Source: Candidatus Ozemobacteraceae bacterium
GTDB lineage: Bacteria > Muiribacteriota > Ozemobacteria > Ozemobacterales > Ozemobacteraceae
Direction: 5' to 3'
DNA: 64,000 nucleotides
Assembly: GCA_965140445.1 (NCBI GenBank)
Contig: OZ223236.1
Coordinates: forward strand, 544,001-608,000
A model generated the notes under the pieces. The model made no database searches. It was not told the DNA's origin and saw only the letters and a list, made by a program, of their open reading frames with translations. The position numbers and the translations under genes are program-made. This document shows positions 37,655-47,735 of the stretch, piece after piece (the stretch's first letter is position 1; every line of letters begins with the position of its first letter).

Positions 37655-40600
37655 CTATTTTCTGGAAATAAGATTTTCATAAATAGACTTTAATTCTGAT
37701 ACAAGTTTTTCAAGTTCCAGATCGATATTGTTTTTTATCTGAGTGCAGCTTTTTATATTTTCATTACGGGCATATTCTTCAAGTTTTAGGGCAGTATTTG
37801 CAAGCTTTTCTCCACCTATGTTTGAAACGGAACCCTTCATGGTATGAGCTGCTGCATAGATTTGCTTAAAGTCCTTACTTTGAATTCCTTCTTCCACTAA
37901 TGACATTTGATTTTTGACGTTTTGGTAAACAGCATCAACAATCTTTTTTAGTTTTTCTGGTTTTTTTCCAAAAAGTCTTTCTATTCGTTCTAAATTAACG
38001 ATTGGAAAATCATCTGTCTGTGTATCAGGTTTTGATATTTCCTGTTTTTCGGAATCTTGTTTTTCTACAATGTTTATACCTGAAATTTTATAGAGAACAT
38101 CTCTAACGGCTTCTGGAGAAACTGGTTTTGACAAGTAAAAATTCATTCCCTCAGCCAGACATTTTTCCCTATCACCTGCCATAGCATGGGCTGTCATGGC
38201 AACGATCGGGATTTGATTTAAAGGTGGCATTAACTCTCTTATTTTTCTGGTAACTTCAAAACCATCCATTATTGGCATCTGGCAATCAAGAAAAACCACA
38301 TCATATCCACCTTTGTTAAGCTCCTTTAAAGCTTCTATTCCTGAGTCGACAATAAATGGTTTACATCCAAGCATTTCAAGGATTCCCCTCGCTACTTCCT
38401 GGTTTATTTCATTATCTTCTACAACCATGATTTTTAGATTAAATGTGTCTTTTTTTACTTGGTGAGATTGAGTAGAATCAGTTTTGTCTGGTTTTCCAAT
38501 TGCTTTCAATAAAGAATCGAATAATTTAGATGATGTTACAGGTTTGTTAATTATAAAAGTTGAAGTGGACCTACTTGCTAAAACAGATGCTTTTTCCATC
38601 TGTTTATGAGCTACAATAAAAATGCTTTTCAAACTGTGTGTATTTTGAATTTCCAGAAGTTTTCTGTTCTTTTCAGGGTCGTCGATAAAGTTTGAAATTA
38701 AAATGATTGCCCCATCTTCTTTTGCTCCACCATTGTTAAGAGCTGAATATATGATGTTTTCATAGTTTTCAATGGCGGTTGATATGAAAGATATTTTCCA
38801 GGTATTAAGAATCTCTCCTATAAGACTTATTACTGGATCATTTTCTCCTATTAATATTACTCGTATTTCTTTTGGTAACTCTTCCACTCTACTTTCTTCT
38901 TCAGTACAGGTTTTTAGCTGTAGATTAAACCACATTCTTGTTCCAAGCCCTAATGTGCTTTCAAGGTGGAGCTCACTATCCATAAGGCGCAAAATCTCGC
39001 GGCAAATTGTGAGACCGAGCCCGGTTCCGCCAAATTTTCTTGTGGTTGAGGCGTCGGCCTGGGTGAACTTTTCAAAAACAAGAAGTTGTTGATCCCTGGT
39101 CATACCAATTCCAGTATCTTTTACAGAAATGGTAATTCCCATCAAACCTTCTGAATCGCTGTTTTGATGATTAATTTCAATACTTACAAATCCTTCTTCG
39201 GTGAATTTTATAGAGTTATTAATTAGGTTTGTCAGGACTTGTCTGAGTCTTACACCATCAGCAAATACTTTTTCCGGAAATTTTGGCGGGAATTTCAAAA
39301 TTAGCTCTACGTCTTTTTTTTCTGCCGCTGGTTGCATTATGGCAATTAATTCTTCGCAAAGCGATTTGAAATCAAGGGGATATGGATCAAGCTCGAGCTT
39401 TCCTGCTTCTATTTTTGAAAGATCCAGAACTGCATTTAAAATATTGAGTAATGAATTGGATGATTGGTATATCAGGTTTGCATACTCTCTTTGCTTTGCT
39501 TCCAGGTTTGTAGATAGAAGTAGTTCTGACATTCCAATTACACCATTCATAGGGGTTCTAATTTCATGCGACATATTTGCAAGAAATTCACTTTTAGCCT
39601 TGCTTGCTTCTTGTGCTTTTTGAGCTAGCTCTTCAGCACTTTTTCGAGCTTCAAGAAGATTTTTTTCGAGTGCCTTGGTTTCTGAAATGTCAATTATGAT
39701 TCCAAAATATCTTCGATTTAAAAGCTCTAGGTCATCCACGTGCGTGCCTATGTTAGCAAACCAGCAATAATCACCATTTTTTTTAAGAATTCGGCATTCA
39801 AAGCGTAGTTCACCGGCTGAAATTAAAAATCTTCGAATTGCGCGTTTGATTCCCGTGAGGTCATCTGGATGGATGGCTGAGTAAAGTGAATCTATAGTTG
39901 GGGAAAATTCAGTTGAATTATAGCCAAGCAACTGGTTTATCTGGGTGGACCAATAAAACTTTCTTTCTTCTGGCACAAACTCCCAGCTAGCTGCACGGGC
40001 AGCTGTCAAAGCGTGAGCATTTCTTCTTTCTTCTATTTTTGCTGCGAGTTCTTTTTCATGTTCCTCAGTTGTGTTACGGAAAAAGCCAATTAACTTAAGT
40101 GGTGAGTTTTGCGCGTCTAAATAAGTTCTACCAATAAATGAGTGCCACAAATACTTTCCAGTATTGCTTGTTAGTCTGGTTTCAGAAAATTTAGTAATCC
40201 CCAGATTTTCATGGTCCAAAAGATGTCTATCTTCTGGATGAAGGATTTCAAAGCTTGCCTTCTTAGCGTTTTCTATATGTTCGGAATCATAAAAACCTAG
40301 ATTTAAATATAAATCGTCAGGAGAAAGGTTTTCTTCTTTAACATAGTCATATTCCCATATAAAAAGCCCTGCTGCTTCTAAAGCCAACTTTAAGCGTTCT
40401 CTATATTCGACTAGTCTTTGATAATCCTCATTTCTTTCTATTATGGAACCGAACATTTCAGAAGCCAGCTCAAACATTGCTATTTCATATTCAAACCATG
40501 GAGGTCTTTCTTCAAAATTATGAATTTCAAGGCAGCCCCAGAATTTTCTTTTCACAAAAACAGGAATTATAAGAATTGATCCTATATTGTTTTCTTGGAG

Positions 40601-42358
40601 TTCCACTAGCAGATCTGGTGGAATTTGATCTGGATTTTCTCCGATATTTTCTCCTTTCAGAAGCTGTTTTGAACCAAACTCCAGAATTTTTTGAAAAAGC
40701 CCGCCAGTTCGCATTGCGCAATGCCCTGTTTCCTTGGTTTGGCAGGCAAAGCATCTAAAATTTGATGGAATAATTGCATTATCTTTAACGTCGGCAACAA
40801 TTATTCCTATTCGGTCTGCGCAAACGGCTTTTCCTAAAGCCTTAATTGCAATCGGGATTGTCTCTTCTATGGGTTTTTCTGAGCCAACAATGTAGTGAAT
40901 TGCCTCAGCAACACCAGTTATAAGCTTTTCTCTTTGCTGAAGAATTATTTTACTGGTATGTCTTTCAGAGACATTTCTGACCACTCCTAAAATCTGTAGA
41001 GTTTCGTCATCTTGAGCACTTCGATAAGCAACTTTTACAACTTCTCCAACTATTGAAGAATCGTTAAAAAACTTAATTACCTGTTCATATTTTACTGACT
41101 GTCCCTGCTGAATTACGTTTAAGTCTGCTTTTGTAAAAGGGCTGTTTGAGCCAAAAATTTCGAAATCGGACAAGCCCGAGATTTTTTCCTGATCCAATGA
41201 AAATGCTTCGGAAAAAGCCTTATTGCACAATAAATATTTACCCTGATTGTCTTTTACAAAAATCATATCCGGGATTGAATCAATCAGATGTCTGAGAAAG
41301 TTTTGTTGCCCTTCAAATTTTATGGTTACTGATCTTAGCTCTTTGTTCAAAGCTAAAAGATAGAAACTGAAAACCCCTACACCAAAAAGGGTTAGCAATA
41401 AAGCAAAAATCCATCGGCGAAATTTTTTAGTGAGTGCAGAAAAAAGGGATTCACTCTCCGCATATGGGCCTACTCCAAGAGTTTTTAGCAACTGGTATAT
41501 TTCTGAGTAATTTGCTGGGATACCCCATGTAAAAAGTTTCTCTGGTCTATCATTTCCCATTTTTAATAAAGATAGATTTACGCGTTCAGCTAATGATGGG
41601 GATACCTTGGATGTTCTAAGGAAAGCCCACTCTGGATATAATCTTGTCGAGCATAGAAAAGGTAATTTATTGAAGGGTGATATCATTTCATTACTGATAA
41701 CTAGTTGATCAGAAGTAATTTCACCAGCTCCAATAAGTTTTTCAATTGCGCCGGTTCGGCAAATTCCAAAATCTGATTTACCGCTTAAAACATGATTTAT
41801 GATTTCTTTGCTCGTGGAGAATCGGGAAATTGATTTGTAAATCTTATTTAGATCTATTCCTCTTTCTTTTAATTCTCTGGAAGCAGCTAACCAGCCACCT
41901 ACTGATAAAGCGTCTCCGGCAGCGAGGTTTTTGTCTTTGATGTCCCAAAGGTTTGTAATATTTTTGTTGCTTCGGCTCCAGAAAATAACCGAACCAAATA
42001 AGCTTTCAAAACCCTCTTCATTGACTTTTTCTTTCCTCAAGGTTGAGAGGATTGTAATTTCACCTTCAAGATCCATTTCCACGCTAAATACTGGGTTTGC
42101 AATTACAAAATCAACTTTCCCAAGTCGTATTGCTTTTTGAAGTTCATGCCATTTGAATGGTTTTATTTGAAACTCGTTATCGTCAAATGATTCATTTAAA
42201 TAATCAAGGGTGGGAGTCCAATTATCTTTCCAATCGTAAGTCGTATTGCTCTCCAGTAGACCTATCACGATTAATTCTGGTTTTTCGTTTGAATAACATG
42301 GAAAGCAGTGAAAAACGGAAAACAACAGCAAAAACAAAATAAATCTTAGTTTTCCCAT
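37655..42358 (-). CDS. Multi-sensor hybrid histidine kinase (periplasmic phosphonate-binding-like, PAS, GAF, PAS, HisKA, HATPase, REC, Hpt)
   Basis: KSEFLANMSHEIRTPMNG; FTQADASTTRKFGGTGLGL; LDCQMPIMDG; AAHTMKGS. Confidence 0.92.
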   Translation of the reverse strand: MGKLRFILFLLLFSVFHCFPCYSNEKPELIVIGLLESNTTYDWKDNWTPTLDYLNESFDDNEFQIKPFKWHELQKAIRLGKVDFVIANPVFSVEMDLEGEITILSTLRKEKVNEEGFESLFGSVIFWSRSNKNITNLWDIKDKNLAAGDALSVGGWLAASRELKERGIDLNKIYKSISRFSTSKEIINHVLSGKSDFGICRTGAIEKLIGAGEITSDQLVISNEMISPFNKLPFLCSTRLYPEWAFLRTSKVSPSLAERVNLSLLKMGNDRPEKLFTWGIPANYSEIYQLLKTLGVGPYAESESLFSALTKKFRRWIFALLLTLFGVGVFSFYLLALNKELRSVTIKFEGQQNFLRHLIDSIPDMIFVKDNQGKYLLCNKAFSEAFSLDQEKISGLSDFEIFGSNSPFTKADLNVIQQGQSVKYEQVIKFFNDSSIVGEVVKVAYRSAQDDETLQILGVVRNVSERHTSKIILQQREKLITGVAEAIHYIVGSEKPIEETIPIAIKALGKAVCADRIGIIVADVKDNAIIPSNFRCFACQTKETGHCAMRTGGLFQKILEFGSKQLLKGENIGENPDQIPPDLLVELQENNIGSILIIPVFVKRKFWGCLEIHNFEERPPWFEYEIAMFELASEMFGSIIERNEDYQRLVEYRERLKLALEAAGLFIWEYDYVKEENLSPDDLYLNLGFYDSEHIENAKKASFEILHPEDRHLLDHENLGITKFSETRLTSNTGKYLWHSFIGRTYLDAQNSPLKLIGFFRNTTEEHEKELAAKIEERRNAHALTAARAASWEFVPEERKFYWSTQINQLLGYNSTEFSPTIDSLYSAIHPDDLTGIKRAIRRFLISAGELRFECRILKKNGDYCWFANIGTHVDDLELLNRRYFGIIIDISETKALEKNLLEARKSAEELAQKAQEASKAKSEFLANMSHEIRTPMNGVIGMSELLLSTNLEAKQREYANLIYQSSNSLLNILNAVLDLSKIEAGKLELDPYPLDFKSLCEELIAIMQPAAEKKDVELILKFPPKFPEKVFADGVRLRQVLTNLINNSIKFTEEGFVSIEINHQNSDSEGLMGITISVKDTGIGMTRDQQLLVFEKFTQADASTTRKFGGTGLGLTICREILRLMDSELHLESTLGLGTRMWFNLQLKTCTEEESRVEELPKEIRVILIGENDPVISLIGEILNTWKISFISTAIENYENIIYSALNNGGAKEDGAIILISNFIDDPEKNRKLLEIQNTHSLKSIFIVAHKQMEKASVLASRSTSTFIINKPVTSSKLFDSLLKAIGKPDKTDSTQSHQVKKDTFNLKIMVVEDNEINQEVARGILEMLGCKPFIVDSGIEALKELNKGGYDVVFLDCQMPIMDGFEVTRKIRELMPPLNQIPIVAMTAHAMAGDREKCLAEGMNFYLSKPVSPEAVRDVLYKISGINIVEKQDSEKQEISKPDTQTDDFPIVNLERIERLFGKKPEKLKKIVDAVYQNVKNQMSLVEEGIQSKDFKQIYAAAHTMKGSVSNIGGEKLANTALKLEEYARNENIKSCTQIKNNIDLELEKLVSELKSIYENLISRK

Positions 42359-42402
42359 TTTTTACTGCCAATCCTTCTCATTTTATTTTATTTCTATAGA
42401 AC

Positions 42403-42996
42403 TTAAGTGACTATTTTTAAAAAACCTTTTGCCATGTAAATACTGTCAGGAGGTACTATCATTTTACCAAGAAATTGCTTTCTATTGATACCTGTTTCAT
42501 AGTTTCGGAAAAGGAAATTTACAATTTCAGTACAGCTAAACTCTGTTGGGTCGTCAAAGTTGAAATCAAAATCATAGGGTTTTCCAATAATTTGATTCAT
42601 TTCGGCTATTAGCTTTTCTTTATTAAAGCTAAAGTTAGGCCTGAGAATACAGACGTGGTCTGTTTTCATAAAATCGAATAGGCTTTCAGTATTAACCCCA
42701 TCAGAAGTTGCATGTAGTATTGTTGAAAAGGCCTGGTTCTCTTTTATGCAAATTGCAGCATGGTTCCAATATCCAGGGATAAAGACCTTGTCAAGATAAG
42801 TGTCATAGCGCCTTAAGAGTATATCAAACTGCTTTATCTGTTTTGCTGCTTTTTCAAACTTTTCTCCGCTTATTTTATAGCCTTTAGGGTGATAAAGGAA
42901 AAATAATGGGTATGGATAAATCCTTATATCACCGAAGATCGTGAAAATCTTTTTCTGAAGGGAAGACGTTAGAAGTTTCAATTTTCTGGAAAGCAA
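42403..42996 (-). CDS. Permuted papain-like NlpC/P60 amidase (YiiX/YebB-like)
   Basis: GYWNHAAI precedes GKPYDFDF...FSCTE; TTG start inferred from the GGGAG RBS. Confidence 0.75.
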   Translation of the reverse strand: MLSRKLKLLTSSLQKKIFTIFGDIRIYPYPLFFLYHPKGYKISGEKFEKAAKQIKQFDILLRRYDTYLDKVFIPGYWNHAAICIKENQAFSTILHATSDGVNTESLFDFMKTDHVCILRPNFSFNKEKLIAEMNQIIGKPYDFDFNFDDPTEFSCTEIVNFLFRNYETGINRKQFLGKMIVPPDSIYMAKGFLKIVT

Positions 42997-43618
42997 ATTT
43001 TTCTCCCGATGTAAATAGACCCCAAGGCTCTGTGAGCCATGAACCAAGGTTAAAAATGTTTTTCCCGTTTACTACTCTATGACCACCCTTATGGGTATGG
43101 CCAATTATTGCGTAATTAAGATTTTTCATTTTTTCATTGGTTGCAGCGTTAAATTCAATTTTTTTTGAATAGGCATTAGCGTAGCTTGTTATATATGTTC
43201 TTAGGTCTTTTCCCAATAATTTGGATAGCAGGTAAACATATTCATCTGCAATTCTTCCTATTATTCCTGTGTCTTTAAAATTCGGATCAAAAAGATGTCC
43301 GTGGGTAACAAGTAATTCGTTCTTTCCAAGCATTAGACTACTGAAATTCTTTGCCACTTCGTGAAAAGGATTAATTTTTGCATACTTATGATCATGATTT
43401 CCAGCAATATAAACAATTGAGGAGATGCCATCAAAAAGTTTTGCTGCTTTGTCTGGGTGAACATGTCGCCATGCATCGAAGACATCTCCAATAAGGTGAA
43501 GTTCTATTTTATCTTTTTTCACCCTTTTCAGAAATGTTTCAAGGAGCTTCATGTCCACAAAGCAATTACCTAGATGCAAATCTGAGATAAATGCTTTTTC
43601 TATTTTAAAATTATTCAT
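42929..43618 (-). CDS. Calcineurin-like metallophosphoesterase (LpxH-like)
   Basis: SDLHLG, GDVFD, GNHD, HGH and GHTH motifs. Confidence 0.85.
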   Translation of the reverse strand: MNNFKIEKAFISDLHLGNCFVDMKLLETFLKRVKKDKIELHLIGDVFDAWRHVHPDKAAKLFDGISSIVYIAGNHDHKYAKINPFHEVAKNFSSLMLGKNELLVTHGHLFDPNFKDTGIIGRIADEYVYLLSKLLGKDLRTYITSYANAYSKKIEFNAATNEKMKNLNYAIIGHTHKGGHRVVNGKNIFNLGSWLTEPWGLFTSGEKFAFQKIETSNVFPSEKDFHDLR

Positions 43619-43619
43619 T

Positions 43620-44324
43620 TTAAATTACCCATTCTTTAAGATCTTCTGAGAAAAATGCAGCAAGAACCAGCAGAAACGCCAGGAATAGAATCCCTAAAAC
43701 CATATTCATAAAGCCATAGTGAGAAAATGGCATCAGGGAAAAGGAATACTTGCCATTTGCCAATTTCACAGGTTTTGCAGAATGCTCGGATTTGGGGTCT
43801 ACCATTGTGGCTCCTGTGATTCCAGCGAACTTTTCTGAAAGAATTTTGCTGGTGCTAAAGTCTTCTGTTAGCCAATTGGAAATTGGAACGACTTGCCCAT
43901 TATGTAAAACTATAATCGATCTGTAGGCCCACCATGTTCCATGCTGATTTCTGTGCTTTATTCCCTCTACTGTTGCCGCATCAATGTTTTTGAAAGTGGA
44001 CAAAAGCGAATAGCTCTTATACCAAAGGAATTTAAAATGGTAATACATTCCATTTTTTTCAAGATCCAGGATATAGTAATTATCAGTGTTTCGATACATT
44101 ATAAACCCTGAAACAAGAACAAAAAATAATGCTATGCTTACCATATTGCTTAAGTCAGAAGACGCATCTATTACAATGGCCAATAAAGACAATGGAAAAC
44201 CTATTGCTCCTAAAATTGTTTGCCAGTATAAGAATTGTTCAAGTGGTGTTTTTAAATCAAATTTTTCTTTGCTGGTTGAGAAGTTTTCAGGAAAACTCAT
44301 TTCGTCCTTTTTTTCTCTTAGCAT
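43620..44324 (-). CDS. Membrane protein, paralogue of 44324-45124
   Basis: Shares TPLE..., NTDNYYILD...YHFKF and WW.YR motifs with its neighbour. Confidence 0.75.
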   Translation of the reverse strand: MLREKKDEMSFPENFSTSKEKFDLKTPLEQFLYWQTILGAIGFPLSLLAIVIDASSDLSNMVSIALFFVLVSGFIMYRNTDNYYILDLEKNGMYYHFKFLWYKSYSLLSTFKNIDAATVEGIKHRNQHGTWWAYRSIIVLHNGQVVPISNWLTEDFSTSKILSEKFAGITGATMVDPKSEHSAKPVKLANGKYSFSLMPFSHYGFMNMVLGILFLAFLLVLAAFFSEDLKEWVI

Positions 44325-45124
44325 TAGTTCATTAAACCAATTAAGTTATGTAAAAAATGCAATAACAATCCAAGCGCAGCGACTGAAAAAATTATTAGAA
44401 TCGGAGTTCCAAGGTTACCCAGGGAATCAAAAAATGAGTAGGGTTTTACGCTAAAAGTGTATTTTCCGTCAATGCCACGAACTTTTCTAACGGTGCTTTG
44501 CTCATAGGATTCCACCAAGTTAGCCCCAGTCAAAGTCGCAAAGTTTTTTGCCTTTTTCATTGCATTCAAAAAGTCATATTTTTTCCAGTCCGAAAGAGGA
44601 ACTATCTTACCTGAGTCCAACACCATAGCGGTTCTGTATTCCCACCATGAAGAATGTTTACTGCTTTGCTTGCGGCAAAGAACTGTTGTGGCATGAATTT
44701 GTGAGAAATTTGCAAATACGCTAAGATCTTGTTTTCCAAAAAACTTAAAATGATAGAGCATCGCTTTGCGATTTGAGTCAAGGATGTAATAGTTATCAGT
44801 GTTTTTGTAACAGATTCCAAAAATAGTTGATAATAATGTGCCAGCGGTAACGGCTGTACGAAAAAACGATGTGGCACCATCTTCTAAATATCCAATTAGT
44901 GCCATTAGCAAGACGAAAAAGCCTGTCATCATTCCCCAGAAGAAAAGGGTTTCTAAAGGTGTATCAAGGTCTAGTTTAACCTTTGAAGGGATGTGGATAT
45001 CGCTTTGCTGGTTCTGATAAGGATCGGACTGGTAGTTATTAGAAGGTGGTGGAGCATATATACTGTTTTCACCCGTAGCCGTATTATCCTGCTGAAAGTT
45101 CCAACCATTATTATTGGAATTCAT
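44324..45124 (-). CDS. Membrane protein, paralogue of 43620-44324
   Basis: GGAGGA RBS before ATG 45124; same motifs as its neighbour. Confidence 0.75.
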   Translation of the reverse strand: MNSNNNGWNFQQDNTATGENSIYAPPPSNNYQSDPYQNQQSDIHIPSKVKLDLDTPLETLFFWGMMTGFFVLLMALIGYLEDGATSFFRTAVTAGTLLSTIFGICYKNTDNYYILDSNRKAMLYHFKFFGKQDLSVFANFSQIHATTVLCRKQSSKHSSWWEYRTAMVLDSGKIVPLSDWKKYDFLNAMKKAKNFATLTGANLVESYEQSTVRKVRGIDGKYTFSVKPYSFFDSLGNLGTPILIIFSVAALGLLLHFLHNLIGLMN

Positions 45125-45199
45125 TTTCTCCTCCCAAACTTTTATTAAATATATTATACAAGCGTTTTTGAGCTTGATCCAAAAAAAAATGGAAAATTG

Positions 45200-45227
45200 G
45201 GAACTTTTGTTTTGTGTAAAAGTCAAA
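45200..45227 (+). promoter_or_regulatory. SigmaE (RpoE)-consensus ECF promoter
   Basis: GGAACTT-N16-TCAAA ending 28 nt before the Hsp20 start. Confidence 0.6.
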
Positions 45228-45255
45228 ATAGTTAAAGGCAATAAGGAGGTAAGTT

Positions 45256-45858
45256 ATGAAAAAGGTAATGTTATTAGTTTTTTCCGTTGCTGCAATTTTT
45301 ATGTTTTTTGGGGTTATGGAATCTCATGCCCAGATTAAAGATGTTCTAGCTACTAATACTCCATCCGTAGAAGAAAATTTACCATTCAGCCGAAGCTTTC
45401 CATCAAGCAATTTATTTGATGAAATGGAAAAAGAAATGGACGAAATGCTCAATGGGTTCAGACAAAGGTCATTTTCTCCTGGATTTAACCAGTTTGGAAT
45501 TCCAGGTATGAATACTGTTTCTTTGCAGGGAAATTCTGAGATCAGGCAGGAAGGTGACAACCTTATTGTTGCCGTGGATATGCCCGGCCATGAAAAAGAA
45601 GCCATTGATTTGAGAATTAAAGACAACAAGCTTGTAATTAAATCTGAAAGAAAGTCTCAAATTGAAGAGAAAGATGGTAAAAAACTTTATCGCCGCGAAA
45701 TTTCTTATGGAAGCTTTTCCAGAGTTATTCCATTTCCTCGAAAAGTAATTAAAGAAAAAGTTGAAGCTTCGCTCAATAATGGTGTTCTAACTGTTGTTGC
45801 TCCAATTGACACTTCTGTTGATGAGAACGAAAATGGTTTCAAAGTTAATGTTAAATAG
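45256..45858 (+). CDS. Hsp20/alpha-crystallin small heat-shock protein with N-terminal signal peptide
   Basis: VDMPG, REISYGSFSRVIPFP, ASLNNGVLTV; N-terminus MKKVMLLVFSVAAIFMFFGVMESHA. Confidence 0.85.
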   Translation: MKKVMLLVFSVAAIFMFFGVMESHAQIKDVLATNTPSVEENLPFSRSFPSSNLFDEMEKEMDEMLNGFRQRSFSPGFNQFGIPGMNTVSLQGNSEIRQEGDNLIVAVDMPGHEKEAIDLRIKDNKLVIKSERKSQIEEKDGKKLYRREISYGSFSRVIPFPRKVIKEKVEASLNNGVLTVVAPIDTSVDENENGFKVNVK

Positions 45859-45904
45859 TTTGTGATCCTCCTCTCTAAATCCCTAACTCTCCAAACTTAA
45901 ATTT

Positions 45905-45935
45905 ACCGCTACCCAATAGGTGGCGGTTTTTTTTT
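45905..45935 (+). terminator. Intrinsic terminator
   Basis: ACCGCTACC/GGTGGCGGT stem plus long T tract. Confidence 0.8.
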
Positions 45936-46023
45936 ATGAATTTACAAACAAAACCAGCAGTGAAAAAAACAGAAATTTGTAGTATACTTTCCCACTGAAA
46001 TCAATTGTATTGGAGTTTTGCTG

Positions 46024-47652
46024 ATGTACATAAAAAAGGGAATTACCCTGTTAATGCTTTTGGCTGGCATTTTTCTTATAGGATGCTTAAGTAATCCGAC
46101 GGGCAATGATTTAGTTGAACAGCCTGCTGCAACTACTTCTGGCCAGGCTAACCTTAAAATAAATCTTTCACCTGATACAGCGGCCACCCTAAGAGCTGCG
46201 GCAACAACTGCAAATTATGTAAAAGTTGTTGTAACGATTGTAAATCCTGGCAACAGCACAACTCCTTTTGTAAGAATGATAAAAACTGCCGACATCGTAA
46301 GTGGTGCCGCAAGTGTTTCATTCTCATCCATTCCTGCTCAGCCGGTACTTGTTCAAATTTTGATTAATAATGGAACTTTAAATGGAAGTAGAAATTTCCA
46401 TGCTGCAGCTGATTTGAAAGCAGGCGATAACAGTGTTACTCCTTCGGCTGTTGGATCTGGCGATAGAACTGATTTAATTGCCAACATTGTTCAGGTTATT
46501 GTGAACTCCAAAGAACTTGTGCAAAGTTCTTCTACTACTCTTGTTGCTACGATTGATACAAACACAACCGGCTTAACTGATTTTACTCAGGCTCTAACAA
46601 AGGCAATTGGAGCTTTAAATCCAACTGGTTTGATTACTCTCGCTCAAGGCGCATCAAGCTCTATTTTATCTGGACTAAATGGCACTACTCCAAGCTGGAG
46701 CAAAAACGCTTCTGAGATTTTTGCAGCTGGCGAATTATGGGATGCAAATGTTGCAAATATGCAGGTTTCAAGCATTCTTAGACAGGGAGTTGGTGGTTTT
46801 GGTTATGTTGGCTGGAAGCATTCCACTGCGGTTGATTACGCTATAACAAAGATTTCTACAACTGATGGTGCTCGTCAGTCATACCTCAAAAACCCAGGAG
46901 CACTTAGCCACTTCATAGTATTGTCTGATAATTCAGTCGTGGCGGCCGGATTCAATTCCCATAAAAATACACCGGTAATCTGCAAATGGGCAGGAAGCGC
47001 TAATGCTAACACATTCTCTACTGGGGTCGCTGATGCTGGACTTGCGTGGTCTAATTACTTCGATGGAATCGCAAGTTATGGAACCCCATCAAACTTTAGC
47101 GTTCAAAGCATGGTTTCTGACATGGAAAACACTCTGTATCTAACTCTAAAGAATAGTGCGGATAATTCAACTCTGGACTATAGAATTGATATGAAAACTG
47201 GTGCAAGAGTCCTTGTTCCTGGCTCATTAGAAGATGGTGTTACCAAAATTACTGCTTCTTATAAAGCAATGCAGACTATTCTTGAGAATAACTCTCTTAG
47301 CGATTCTGTAAGAGTCAGCAACTTTATGGCTTACATTGCTACCGATTTTAAAGATATTGCTGGAACCCCTAATCGCGCTGATCTGGAATCAACGACTCTT
47401 AGCAGATTGCAAAGATATACCATTAATAGCTACTCATTTACTCAAAGCACTTTAACCGTTGTTGACAGTTCGACAATCACTGTGAAGACACCTATGATCG
47501 TTGATGTTAAACTTAAACCTGGTGCGGCAGGAGCTATAACTGCAGCTTATATTGTTGTTGATCCTGTTCCGACAATAACCTGGAAACGATATGGAACTTC
47601 ATGGCTAATTTATCAGGGATTGCCATATAAATCTTCAGAAATAGGCATTTAA
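46024..47652 (+). CDS. S/T/A-rich putative surface lipoprotein
   Basis: Lipobox LIGC; GGAG RBS. Confidence 0.7.
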   Translation: MYIKKGITLLMLLAGIFLIGCLSNPTGNDLVEQPAATTSGQANLKINLSPDTAATLRAAATTANYVKVVVTIVNPGNSTTPFVRMIKTADIVSGAASVSFSSIPAQPVLVQILINNGTLNGSRNFHAAADLKAGDNSVTPSAVGSGDRTDLIANIVQVIVNSKELVQSSSTTLVATIDTNTTGLTDFTQALTKAIGALNPTGLITLAQGASSSILSGLNGTTPSWSKNASEIFAAGELWDANVANMQVSSILRQGVGGFGYVGWKHSTAVDYAITKISTTDGARQSYLKNPGALSHFIVLSDNSVVAAGFNSHKNTPVICKWAGSANANTFSTGVADAGLAWSNYFDGIASYGTPSNFSVQSMVSDMENTLYLTLKNSADNSTLDYRIDMKTGARVLVPGSLEDGVTKITASYKAMQTILENNSLSDSVRVSNFMAYIATDFKDIAGTPNRADLESTTLSRLQRYTINSYSFTQSTLTVVDSSTITVKTPMIVDVKLKPGAAGAITAAYIVVDPVPTITWKRYGTSWLIYQGLPYKSSEIGI

Positions 47653-47682
47653 AGCCTTTTAAAGAATTAAATCCGTAAGAAT

Positions 47683-47712
47683 AAGGGGTCAGAAAGCTGG
47701 CCCCTTTTATTT
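47683..47712 (+). terminator. Intrinsic terminator
   Basis: AAGGGGTCAG/CTGGCCCCTT stem plus T-rich tail. Confidence 0.65.
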
Positions 47713-47735
47713 AAAAAACAATAGGGAGAGAGAGA

